Virus record (IMG/VR): IMGVR_UViG_3300018416_000047
Location: 1 to 38,026 of that record
Origin: a virus
Lineage: Duplodnaviria > Caudoviricetes
Strand: one strand, 5' to 3'
DNA: 38,026 bases
Shown here: positions 19,585-27,550 of the stretch, piece by piece
Layout: every line of letters starts with the position of its first letter
Numbering within the stretch: position 1 is the first letter of the stretch
Notes under the pieces: model-generated
Databases searched by the model: none
The model's input: the letters and a program-made list of their open reading frames with translations, nothing else
Told to the model about the DNA's origin: nothing
Translations under genes and position numbers: made by a program

Positions 19585-20598
19585 TCAAAAATCGTCTTCA
19601 AGAGAACCGCTTTGTTGGTACTCTCTAACCCTACGTTCAAAGAAGTTGCCCATTGCTTGAACATCTACTACTTCGCCAAGCCAAGGAAATGGATTCTTGT
19701 CACTAGGGAAACGATAGTCTAAACCAATAGCTTCTAACCTACGATTACCGATATAATGCATGTAATCTACAAACATCTCAGCATTTAAACCAAGAATACC
19801 TGTGGGTAAGACGTCGTGAGCATAAGCAATCTCTAGCTCTACAGCTTTTTTAATGTGAGATACGAACTCGTCTTGAATTTTTTTTGTCCAGATATCAGGA
19901 TTTTGTTCGATGAGTGTATTAATTAAATAAGTTCCAAAAGCAATATGGGAACTTTCATCTCTTAATGTATACTTGATTTGATCAGAAATACCTTGAAGCT
20001 TATTTTGTCTACCAAGGGCAAGAAGCATTGCAAAACCACTAAAGAAAAATGTACCTTCACAGACAATCCAATAAGTTAAGAAGTTGCGTAAGATTTCTTG
20101 TTTGCCTTCTTTAGTTGTGGAATCGAAATCTTGACGGCTAATATCATCAGTGATACTCATTAAAAAATCATCCTTAGCTTTGATGCTAGGAATGTTTTCA
20201 TATGCGGCAAAAACTTCTTCAATCTCAAGATCTAAGCTATCACAAATATAAACTACCGTGAGGTTATGAAGGCTTTCTTCAAAAGCTTGACGCAAAATAT
20301 ACTGACGACACTCAGCATCCGTAATAAATCTGAAAGCAGAAAGCAGAAGGTTATTGCCAACCAAAGACTCGCTTCCAGCAAAGAATCCCAAGCATCGTTT
20401 GACGAGGAGTTTTTCATCTTCTGTGATTTCATTGTTTTTCCATTGTTTAATATCTGATTGCATACTAATTTCAGTAGGCATCCAATTGTTTGCACAACTT
20501 TTTAAAAATAAATCCCATGCATACTTATGTTTATGAGGTAAAATGCGATTAACGCCAGCAATATTTTCAGTGAGAAGTTCTCCAGTTTTTGTTTCCAT
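19585..20598 (-). CDS. nrdB: Ribonucleotide reductase small subunit, class Ic (R2c)-type signature
   Basis: NNWMP, FFAGSE77, EE108SLH111NLTV115, EGTFF, RDESSH, NFFERRVREY; Glu first ligand and Val at the radical-Tyr position. Confidence 0.93.
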   Translation of the reverse strand: METKTGELLTENIAGVNRILPHKHKYAWDLFLKSCANNWMPTEISMQSDIKQWKNNEITEDEKLLVKRCLGFFAGSESLVGNNLLLSAFRFITDAECRQYILRQAFEESLHNLTVVYICDSLDLEIEEVFAAYENIPSIKAKDDFLMSITDDISRQDFDSTTKEGKQEILRNFLTYWIVCEGTFFFSGFAMLLALGRQNKLQGISDQIKYTLRDESSHIAFGTYLINTLIEQNPDIWTKKIQDEFVSHIKKAVELEIAYAHDVLPTGILGLNAEMFVDYMHYIGNRRLEAIGLDYRFPSDKNPFPWLGEVVDVQAMGNFFERRVREYQQSGSLEDDF

Positions 20599-20634
20599 CT
20601 TTATATAACGATTTTTTTTATAATTAAGTTTTAA

Positions 20635-20663
20635 ATAATATCAAACTTTTTAAAAAATGTCAA
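20635..20663 (-). promoter_or_regulatory. sigma70-type promoter for nrdB
   Basis: TTGACA-N17-TATTAT with TGn, 36 nt before ATG. Confidence 0.7.
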
Positions 20664-22981
20664 GATGTTTGTGGGTCAATTTTTGAGTAATCAACAATAT
20701 AACCAAGATCATGAAGAAATCCAATGGTAATTCTACTCATATGTGCAACTTCAGGAATATCTATATAAGGAGTCATTAATTCGTCTAAGATTAAAGGCTG
20801 GAATAATCCATTGGTAGTTCGACTTCCACTATCTGGAGTCAACTCTGCCCAGTGACCTCCCCAAGAAAGATATAAAACATAATTAAAAGTTTCACCAATA
20901 TTAGTTCCATTTGGTATGGACACTTCAATATCAAAAGAAGAAGGTCTCCATGGGTCATTGTGCAAAATAAATCCATTATTTATGTTGGCTTGAGTAATAG
21001 GTTCGCTAGTGAAATTAAGTTCTATTTTCCTGTTTGAGTCTATATTATCTGGATCTGGATCTGTGGTTTCAAGTCTAGTTTGAATGGGTAGGGAACTTAA
21101 ATTTGTTCCAACTAATTTATTATATTCCCTGACTGCATTCTCTCCTATATATTGAGCTCCATCTTGTTCGGTTAACCTAATTAAGTCGTTAGCTATAAAG
21201 GAATTTGTACCATCTGTTATGAGCACATTCCAAAAAGTACCGATACCAAAAGCATGACCAACTTCATGAAGCATAACCCAGTACATTGCATTTTTACCAA
21301 CCTCGTCTGTAACTTGCCTTAATTGAACAACATCTGCTGGGTCAATTGCCATTCTGCCTTCAGTACTATTAACATAACCTGCCCCGTATGGACCGCTATC
21401 ATCAAAGTTTATCGCCCCTTTTGGGCCAGCGTATGCTAATACTCCATTAAAAGCTGAGTTAACTTCCGTAAAATCTTGAACCTCTAAATTGAAATTTAAA
21501 TTATTAAGTATTACATCCTCAAATGAATTTTTCATTTTAGTTAATGTATCTTGATCGTCTAACGATAGAGCATTTTCAGCATAATTAGAATAATCTAAGT
21601 TAATACTTAGAGTTTGATTTGAAAATGTAGGTGCTTGATTATTGAATCTAAGATTATTTTGACCGCCCATATAACCATGGTTAAAACATTCATAACTCAT
21701 AGAACCAAAGTCTCCAGTGATATCAACAATAAGATCTCCCCAATAGAAATCATATGTATTTCCATCCAGAGAAATCTTACTTCCATGGTATTTCATTCCA
21801 CCCATCTTAACTGGCTTACCAAGCCTATGAAATGTTATCGGGTGGGATTCGGGTATATTTAAAAATGTATATGTTCCTGAATTTACTCCAAAAATATTAT
21901 CACTAGAAGTAAATCCATTAAAAATATATTCAGACCCAGCAACAGTAACATTAATTGTCTGATCTAAATTAGTAATAGATAATGTAGAGCTAGGAGTAAC
22001 ACTTGGAGTAACTGTATTAGTTGGTGTTACTGTATTGGTTGGTGTCACTGTCGGAGTAGGTGACTGTGAGGCTGGTGGTATTTGACTACTTGTTGGAGTA
22101 ACTGTAATACTTGGAGTAACACTTGGAGTAACTGTATTAGTTGGTGTTACTGTATTGGTTGGCGTCACTGTCGGAGTAGGTGATTGTGAAGCTGCTGGTG
22201 TTTGACTACTTGTTGGAGTAACTGTAATACTTGGAGTAACACTTGGAGTAAGACTTGGAGTAACTGTATTAGTTGGTGTTACTGTATTGGTTGGAGTAAC
22301 GGTTATAGAAGGTGTAGGAGTAACTGGAATTCCTGAATTAGAAGGTGTGGGTGTTGGGGTGATATCTTGAAAAATCAAATTAAAACCTAAAGGCCTACCA
22401 CCAGAATCATATTGATCTTTAATTAATTCTTCTGCGTTTAATAATTTAGCTTTTTTAATAAATTCTCTACCTACATGATTGAAATAATAATTTTTATTAA
22501 AACCATAATCACTTTCACTATTAATTAAGGTAGATAATTCAGAAATTAAAATTGAAACTTTAGACTTTAGTTCACTTTTATTGGAAATAGAGTGTAGTTC
22601 TTGAAGGATTTGATGGATAGATAATATAGCAGAAGAAATTAAAATATAATAGATTCCAGACTCTTGTATGAATCTTAATTGATATTGAAAATTATTAACC
22701 TCCCCGAAAATAGATTCATTCAAATAAAAAACATCAATTCTAGATTCGTCAAACTGAAAAAATGAATTATTGACATCAACTAAAGCAATTTTAGGTCCAA
22801 AAAATCCAGCACTAAACTCATAATTTATTTCATTAATAATTAAAGTAAATTTAAATGAATTAGGTCCAGTAATACTATTATTAGGATCTTCTATTTGTTC
22901 AGTGCCTAGTAAGCGTATTTTGTAAGATATACCTTCAGATATACTAATTGAATCTTTATTGTTAATTTCTAGGTTTGTCAT
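20660..22981 (-). CDS. Multidomain protein: N-terminal domain, Thr/Pro/Ser repeat linker, cupredoxin-like domain, leishmanolysin (M8)-like zinc metallopeptidase
   Basis: VTPTNT/VTPS repeats; HPI...YECFNHGYMGG; GVLAYAGP, LHEVGHAFG, GHW, DELMT, SRITIGFLHDLGY. Confidence 0.75.
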   Translation of the reverse strand: MTNLEINNKDSISISEGISYKIRLLGTEQIEDPNNSITGPNSFKFTLIINEINYEFSAGFFGPKIALVDVNNSFFQFDESRIDVFYLNESIFGEVNNFQYQLRFIQESGIYYILISSAILSIHQILQELHSISNKSELKSKVSILISELSTLINSESDYGFNKNYYFNHVGREFIKKAKLLNAEELIKDQYDSGGRPLGFNLIFQDITPTPTPSNSGIPVTPTPSITVTPTNTVTPTNTVTPSLTPSVTPSITVTPTSSQTPAASQSPTPTVTPTNTVTPTNTVTPSVTPSITVTPTSSQIPPASQSPTPTVTPTNTVTPTNTVTPSVTPSSTLSITNLDQTINVTVAGSEYIFNGFTSSDNIFGVNSGTYTFLNIPESHPITFHRLGKPVKMGGMKYHGSKISLDGNTYDFYWGDLIVDITGDFGSMSYECFNHGYMGGQNNLRFNNQAPTFSNQTLSINLDYSNYAENALSLDDQDTLTKMKNSFEDVILNNLNFNLEVQDFTEVNSAFNGVLAYAGPKGAINFDDSGPYGAGYVNSTEGRMAIDPADVVQLRQVTDEVGKNAMYWVMLHEVGHAFGIGTFWNVLITDGTNSFIANDLIRLTEQDGAQYIGENAVREYNKLVGTNLSSLPIQTRLETTDPDPDNIDSNRKIELNFTSEPITQANINNGFILHNDPWRPSSFDIEVSIPNGTNIGETFNYVLYLSWGGHWAELTPDSGSRTTNGLFQPLILDELMTPYIDIPEVAHMSRITIGFLHDLGYIVDYSKIDPQTS
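21993..22251. repeat. 120-bp period tandem repeat (about 2.1 copies) built of 12- and 18-bp subunits, encoding the PT linker
   Basis: Lines 22021-22140 and 22141-22250 are near-identical with few substitutions; shorter units extend to about 22360. Confidence 0.92.
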
Positions 22982-23000
22982 TAAATTTTAAATGTCTTTA

Positions 23001-23016
23001 AATATAAAATTACACT
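23001..23016 (-). promoter_or_regulatory. GTGTA motif (putative phage-specific promoter)
   Basis: AGTGTAATTTTATAT, 29 nt before ATG 22981. Confidence 0.55.
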
Positions 23017-23025
23017 ATATTATAT

Positions 23026-23268
23026 CTATTTAAACAAGTTTTTAAACTTATTGAACCAATAAAATCCATTTTGCCTTAATTGTTCATTAGATATTCGAAT
23101 ATATTCCATTGTGTTATTAGCTAGCTCTAACTTCTCTTTAATTAATTGAGAATCAGTTTCATCTTTAACTTCTTCTATTATATCTTTTATGAAGTCTATA
23201 TATGGACAAGTATTTGTTGGAAGCTCTGGAGCTCCATTCTTGTAATCACTTAAAGTTTTCTTTCTCAC
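23026..23268 (-). CDS. Hypothetical protein (80 aa)
   Basis: GTG start, TCPYID motif, preceded by GTGTA motif. Confidence 0.7.
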   Translation of the reverse strand: MRKKTLSDYKNGAPELPTNTCPYIDFIKDIIEEVKDETDSQLIKEKLELANNTMEYIRISNEQLRQNGFYWFNKFKNLFK

Positions 23269-23282
23269 ATAGTAAAATACAC
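23269..23282 (-). promoter_or_regulatory. GTGTA motif (putative phage-specific promoter)
   Basis: GTGTA-ttttactat-GTG, 9 nt before start, abutting the terminator U-tract. Confidence 0.55.
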
Positions 23283-23305
23283 AAAAAAGCCCTCCGAGGA
23301 GGGCT
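23283..23305 (-). terminator. Rho-independent terminator after hsp20
   Basis: AGCCCTC-CTCG-GAGGGCT followed by T-run on minus strand. Confidence 0.88.
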
Positions 23306-23314
23306 GCATTGAGG

Positions 23315-23779
23315 TTATAATATTTTTATTTTTTTAGGTTTGTCAGGATCTTTTTTGGGGATATCAATATATAGTAACCCATTAGAGAACTGTGCTTTAA
23401 TTTTTGATAGATTGAAGTCTCGATTCAGCTCGAATGACCTTTTGAAACTAGAACGCTTTAATTCTTTTCTAATGTATTTTACATCAGAATCGTTTTTAGA
23501 TTCACGCTTCGATCCAGTTATAGATAAAATATTGTCTTCCAAATCAACTGATACTTCATCTTTTGAGAGCCCTGGGATCTCCGCTTCTATCTGTAGTTTA
23601 TCTGGGTGATCCATCACATCTACTTTAGGGTAACTATTGTTTCCAAAAAAGCCGACACCAAATTCTTGAGAAAAAGACGGTAAGGCTTTTTGAATGATAT
23701 CGTCAAACAACGAATCGAATGGAGTTACAAACTCCTCTCTGCTTACAGGCAGGTTTTGTTTTATGTGTAATTTTGTCAT
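23315..23779 (-). CDS. Small heat-shock protein (Hsp20/alpha-crystallin)
   Basis: YPKVDV, AEIPGL, LSITG, SFKRSF, AQFSNGLLYIDIPK, C-terminal IKI motif. Confidence 0.95.
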   Translation of the reverse strand: MTKLHIKQNLPVSREEFVTPFDSLFDDIIQKALPSFSQEFGVGFFGNNSYPKVDVMDHPDKLQIEAEIPGLSKDEVSVDLEDNILSITGSKRESKNDSDVKYIRKELKRSSFKRSFELNRDFNLSKIKAQFSNGLLYIDIPKKDPDKPKKIKIL

Positions 23780-23803
23780 ATTATATATATCTTTCTATTG
23801 TTA

Positions 23804-23846
23804 TTGAGCCCATTTGGCACTCAAGAAGCCTCATAATGAGCACTTC
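23804..23846 (-). promoter_or_regulatory. Tandem ROSE-like hairpins in hsp20 5' UTR
   Basis: GAAGU-G-CUCA-UUA-UGAG-GCUUC and UUGAGU-G-CCA-AA-UGG-GCUCAA, each with a U.G pair next to a bulged G. Confidence 0.6.
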
Positions 23847-23858
23847 AGTATATAATAT

Positions 23859-23875
23859 GGCAGGATCTATGCCAA
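23859..23875 (-). promoter_or_regulatory. sigma54 (RpoN)-type -24/-12 promoter for hsp20
   Basis: TTGGCATAGATCCTGCC: GG-N10-GC with TGGCA and TGC cores. Confidence 0.65.
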
Positions 23876-23878
23876 GAT

Positions 23879-24571
23879 TTACTTGTCTTTTTTCTTCTCG
23901 CTAGATTTTTGAGCTTTCTTTAAAGCTTTTGGGTCTGGATAATCTTTATCTCCAGGTTTTGCTGGACGATAATTTTTACCTTCTCTCTTTTTTTTGTCTC
24001 GAATATTTTCCCAAAGACCTTTTTTAGCGTCAGACTCTTCTTCGGTTTTTTCTTTGCCTTCTTTTTTATCTTCGCTATCTTTATCTTTAGAGTTTTTACC
24101 TTTCTTTTTTTCAATAGATTCTTGAATAGCTTTAGGTAATTTTTTTTGTTTTTCTGTGAGAGCTGATTCAGATTCATCAAGAAAATCTAACACTTCTTCT
24201 TCAGCTTCCTCTTCTCCTTTGGTAACTTTAGTTACGCTTTTTTTGCTCCACATTTTACAAGACCAGTATTTTGCTTTTGTCTTTGGGCCAGGATTATCGC
24301 AGTTATGACGAGCTCTAAAAGATTTACGACGAGCTGGATCATCACGCTTTATTTCCATGTTTGGATCTCCAAAGTTTACCTTGACTACATTACCTTTTTC
24401 GTTTTTAACATAAACAGAAAACTTTTTAGGTCCACCAGGCGTACGGAAAGGTTTATTGAGGGATTTACCTTTTTCTTTTTCGGCAGCCCAGGCTTCTTGA
24501 GTTATTTCCTCCTCGTCGCCTATTTCTTTTAATATTTTTGCTCTAATTTGATCTGAGAAGTCTAATTCCAT
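23879..24571 (-). CDS. Highly charged modular phage protein (DUF6321-like core), possible internal head protein
   Basis: LNKPFRTPGGPKKFSVYV...FGDPNM...RRKSFRARHNC...YWSCKMW core plus short basic modules separated by acidic linkers. Confidence 0.6.
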   Translation of the reverse strand: MELDFSDQIRAKILKEIGDEEEITQEAWAAEKEKGKSLNKPFRTPGGPKKFSVYVKNEKGNVVKVNFGDPNMEIKRDDPARRKSFRARHNCDNPGPKTKAKYWSCKMWSKKSVTKVTKGEEEAEEEVLDFLDESESALTEKQKKLPKAIQESIEKKKGKNSKDKDSEDKKEGKEKTEEESDAKKGLWENIRDKKKREGKNYRPAKPGDKDYPDPKALKKAQKSSEKKKDK

Positions 24572-24589
24572 AACTATATATATTACACT
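24572..24589 (-). promoter_or_regulatory. GTGTA motif (putative phage-specific promoter)
   Basis: AGTGTA-atatatatagtt-ATG, 12 nt before start. Confidence 0.6.
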
Positions 24590-24592
24590 AAA

Positions 24593-25012
24593 TTATTCAG
24601 TATATCTATTTTTTTGAAACATTTTAATGCATTCAACTAGCTCTGGATCTATGTCATATGGAAATTGATCTATTTTATCGATAAAAAACCAACCAAACTC
24701 TGTGTGTTCGTCGTTCAATATGGGTTCAGGCCTTTCTTCTAATTCAACAAAATATACAGTAAATTGAACATCTTTACTATAAATAGTCCTAGAGAATTGC
24801 AAACTATGGAAATCTACTTCAATACCAGACTCTTCATAAAGTTCCCTGATTGCACAAACCATGGCATTCTCTTTAGTGTTAAAAGACCCACCAAAGATAC
24901 TCCAGTAACCCCCAAGAGGAATTTCTTCTCCATTGTAATACTCGACCCTTCTAGCTAGAAGAATTGAATTTTTGTATATTATACCTATTCCTGATGCTTT
25001 TTTCATTGACAA
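24593..25012 (-). CDS. NUDIX hydrolase
   Basis: GGSFNTKENAMVCAIRELYEESGI Nudix box, EHTEFGWF. Confidence 0.9.
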   Translation of the reverse strand: MSMKKASGIGIIYKNSILLARRVEYYNGEEIPLGGYWSIFGGSFNTKENAMVCAIRELYEESGIEVDFHSLQFSRTIYSKDVQFTVYFVELEERPEPILNDEHTEFGWFFIDKIDQFPYDIDPELVECIKMFQKNRYTE

Positions 25013-27429
25013 GATTCACAAACACCTCCATTTTTCATAGCTTCTATGCTACAAGCAGAGGATTCTTTAGCTTCAGTAGAGGTAGACTTTTCAATTTTAC
25101 TAGCGGCCCTGTTCCTTAAATAATAGGTCGTTTTTAAGCCACTTTCCCAACAAGATATATAAATATCATTTAAGTATTTAAGTGATGTGCTTTTATTGTA
25201 TAGATTAAAGCTTACAGCTTGATCAATCCATTTTTGTCTAGCCGCATTGCATTCAATAAGTTTAAACATATCTCTATCGAATGCAGTTTTATATTTATCT
25301 TTAATTTCTTGAGGTATAGCTCCATTGAGTAATGATAAATCTCCGTCTGCACTTTTAATCATGTTAGACATCTCTGTATTCCATAAACCAGCTTCCTTCA
25401 TATCTTTAACAAAGTGTGGGTTTGTGATATAAAAGTTTCCGCTCTTATTTTCATAAACAAAAAGAACTGAGAAATTAGGCTCAATACTTTGCTCCACACC
25501 ATTAATGTAACCAATAGTAGCGGTTGGAGCTATAGCCATAACATTACTATTACGCATGCCGTTTTGTTGAACGGATTCCCTTACTTCACTCCAAGAACGA
25601 AGTGACTCTCCTTTACCTGTTTCTGGGGTCTTATTTTTATTTCTATAAGATTGTAAATTATTCCAGCTATCAATAGGAAAAATATTTTTAGACCACAACG
25701 AACCTTCGTAGTTTTCATAAGCTCCACGTTCTTGAGCTAAATTTGAACTAGCTAATATCGCTTCTCTACTATAAAATTCAAAGAAGTAATTATTCCATTC
25801 TACGGCTTCATCGCTGTCGATAGGTATATTTTTAACATGAAGAACATCATGTATACCCATTACTCCAAGCCCAACAGGCCTGTTTTTAAGATTAGAATTG
25901 CTAGCTTCTTTAGTTGGATAGAAGTTAATATCAATAACATTATCTAACATTCTAACTGCAGTATGAATGGTAGTTTTTAATTTATCAAAATCTATTTCTC
26001 CATCTTTTTGTAAATGATTTAATACATTTACAGAGCCTAGATTGCAAACTGCAGTTTCACCAATTTTAGTTTTTTCTCCTTTGTGATATTCGGAAGGTTT
26101 GGTATGTAGTGTAATTTCCGTACATAAATTAGAACTTCTAACAGCACCTTTATGTTGATTTGTATAACGAATATTGCAGGGATCTTTAAAAGTATTCCAT
26201 GGGTGAGATGTTTCAAATAATACTTTGAGCATTTTTTTCCATAAATCTTTGGCTGGAGTTACCCTATAGTTCTTTATTAAGCCCTCTTCAGCTTGATCGC
26301 ATAGCTCATTGTACCTTCTATCAAAATCTTCACCAAATCTATCATGAAGATCTGCATCTTTGGGATCAAAGAAATACCAAACATCTTCATTTTGAACTCT
26401 ACGCATAAACTCATCAGGAATCCAAGAAGCAGTGTTCATGTCGTGGCAACGAAGCCTATCATCTCCAGTATTCCTGCGAAGATTTAAAAAGTCTTCATAA
26501 TCCAAATGCCAAGGCTCTAAATAAGCACAGCCAGCACCTGGACGCTTACCGCCTTGATTTACTGCAACCAATAAATCATTGTATATTTTAAGCCAAGGAA
26601 CCAAGCCGCTAGAAATACCGTTAGTTCCATGAATATGAGAACCTGTAGAACGAAAAGGGGTAACATCAAGACCAAGACCACCGGCATACTTTGATTTACG
26701 AGCTTCTTGCCAAGCACCGTCAAAGATACCGTCAATACTATCATCAAAAGTATTAAGATAGCAAGAGCTGAGTTGTGAGTGAGTTGTTCCACTATTAAAA
26801 AGAGTTGGGGTGGAAGGAGTGTAAAGTTGCTTACTAATTAAATCATAAAACTCTATAGCTCTTTCATTTTTATTTTCTTCATTGAGAGCTAAGCCCATTG
26901 CAACCCTCATGTAAAAAGATTGTGGAGCTTCCATTACTTTATCGTCTAATCTAATAAAATAACGATCATATAAAATTTGTGCGCCTAAATATTTTAGATT
27001 CTTATCTCTCCTGATCTTAATTGCATCTGATAATTTAGATAAATCAAAATCAAGTAATTTAGAATCTAGCCTATTAGCCTTAACTAACTTCTTGATATTT
27101 TGTATGAAACTTTTTCTATACTGAAGTCGAAATGTGTCAGAATCAACCCCTTCCTTGAAAACTTCTTTGTATAAGTTGTTGAGTAGTAGTCCAGCCGCAG
27201 CAAAGGAATAGTTTGGCTCCTTCTCGATCTTCTCTCTAGCCGATAAAATTAAAGCTTGATCTATTTCTTTGGTTGTGATCTTATCGAATAATTGAAGTTG
27301 AGCATCTAAAACTATCTCGCTAGGTGAAACATCCTCAATTTCTTCGCATGCTCTTTGAGCGCTTGCATTAATTTTTTCTACATTGAAATCCTCTAATCTT
27401 CCGTTTCTTTTTTTGACCTTGATATCCAT
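25003..27429 (-). CDS. nrdA: Ribonucleotide reductase class I large subunit with N-terminal ATP cone
   Basis: VKKRNG ATP cone, TPTLFN, SSCY, SNLCTEI, VCNLGS, APTATI, KTTYY, C-terminal CESC. Confidence 0.97.
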   Translation of the reverse strand: MDIKVKKRNGRLEDFNVEKINASAQRACEEIEDVSPSEIVLDAQLQLFDKITTKEIDQALILSAREKIEKEPNYSFAAAGLLLNNLYKEVFKEGVDSDTFRLQYRKSFIQNIKKLVKANRLDSKLLDFDLSKLSDAIKIRRDKNLKYLGAQILYDRYFIRLDDKVMEAPQSFYMRVAMGLALNEENKNERAIEFYDLISKQLYTPSTPTLFNSGTTHSQLSSCYLNTFDDSIDGIFDGAWQEARKSKYAGGLGLDVTPFRSTGSHIHGTNGISSGLVPWLKIYNDLLVAVNQGGKRPGAGCAYLEPWHLDYEDFLNLRRNTGDDRLRCHDMNTASWIPDEFMRRVQNEDVWYFFDPKDADLHDRFGEDFDRRYNELCDQAEEGLIKNYRVTPAKDLWKKMLKVLFETSHPWNTFKDPCNIRYTNQHKGAVRSSNLCTEITLHTKPSEYHKGEKTKIGETAVCNLGSVNVLNHLQKDGEIDFDKLKTTIHTAVRMLDNVIDINFYPTKEASNSNLKNRPVGLGVMGIHDVLHVKNIPIDSDEAVEWNNYFFEFYSREAILASSNLAQERGAYENYEGSLWSKNIFPIDSWNNLQSYRNKNKTPETGKGESLRSWSEVRESVQQNGMRNSNVMAIAPTATIGYINGVEQSIEPNFSVLFVYENKSGNFYITNPHFVKDMKEAGLWNTEMSNMIKSADGDLSLLNGAIPQEIKDKYKTAFDRDMFKLIECNAARQKWIDQAVSFNLYNKSTSLKYLNDIYISCWESGLKTTYYLRNRAASKIEKSTSTEAKESSACSIEAMKNGGVCESCQ

Positions 27430-27445
27430 GGATAAATATTACACT
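27430..27445 (-). promoter_or_regulatory. GTGTA motif (putative phage-specific promoter)
   Basis: AGTGTA-atatttatcc-ATG, 10 nt before start. Confidence 0.6.
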
Positions 27446-27493
27446 TTGGGGTTATAGCTTTCTAAAAAATATAGAAAGAATTTGAATTTTTAT

Positions 27494-27522
27494 AGTTTAC
27501 CAAAAAAAATAGTGTAGTTCAA
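27494..27522 (-). promoter_or_regulatory. sigma70-type promoter upstream of nrdA
   Basis: TTGAAC-N17-TAAACT with TGn. Confidence 0.55.
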
Positions 27523-27550
27523 GAAAATAAATTCAAAGTTATTAACAATA

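Noticed and set aside
21993-22360. CRISPR array
   Set aside because: Repeats are in-frame coding units without unique spacers; the Cas4-like nuclease has no cas neighbours
23814-23840. CIRCE/HrcA operator before hsp20 (GAGTGCCAA)
   Set aside because: Only one arm; the position 9 nt away reads CTCATTATG, and the sequence is better explained as part of hairpin 2
1-27429. Inteins or introns in dnaE, dnaB, recA, nrdA, nrdB
   Set aside because: Motif spacing and lengths look normal; no splice-junction or homing-endonuclease motifs noticed
27430-27522. NrdR boxes upstream of nrdA
   Set aside because: ACACT-containing segments lack the palindromic second half, and the same GTGTA motif precedes unrelated genes
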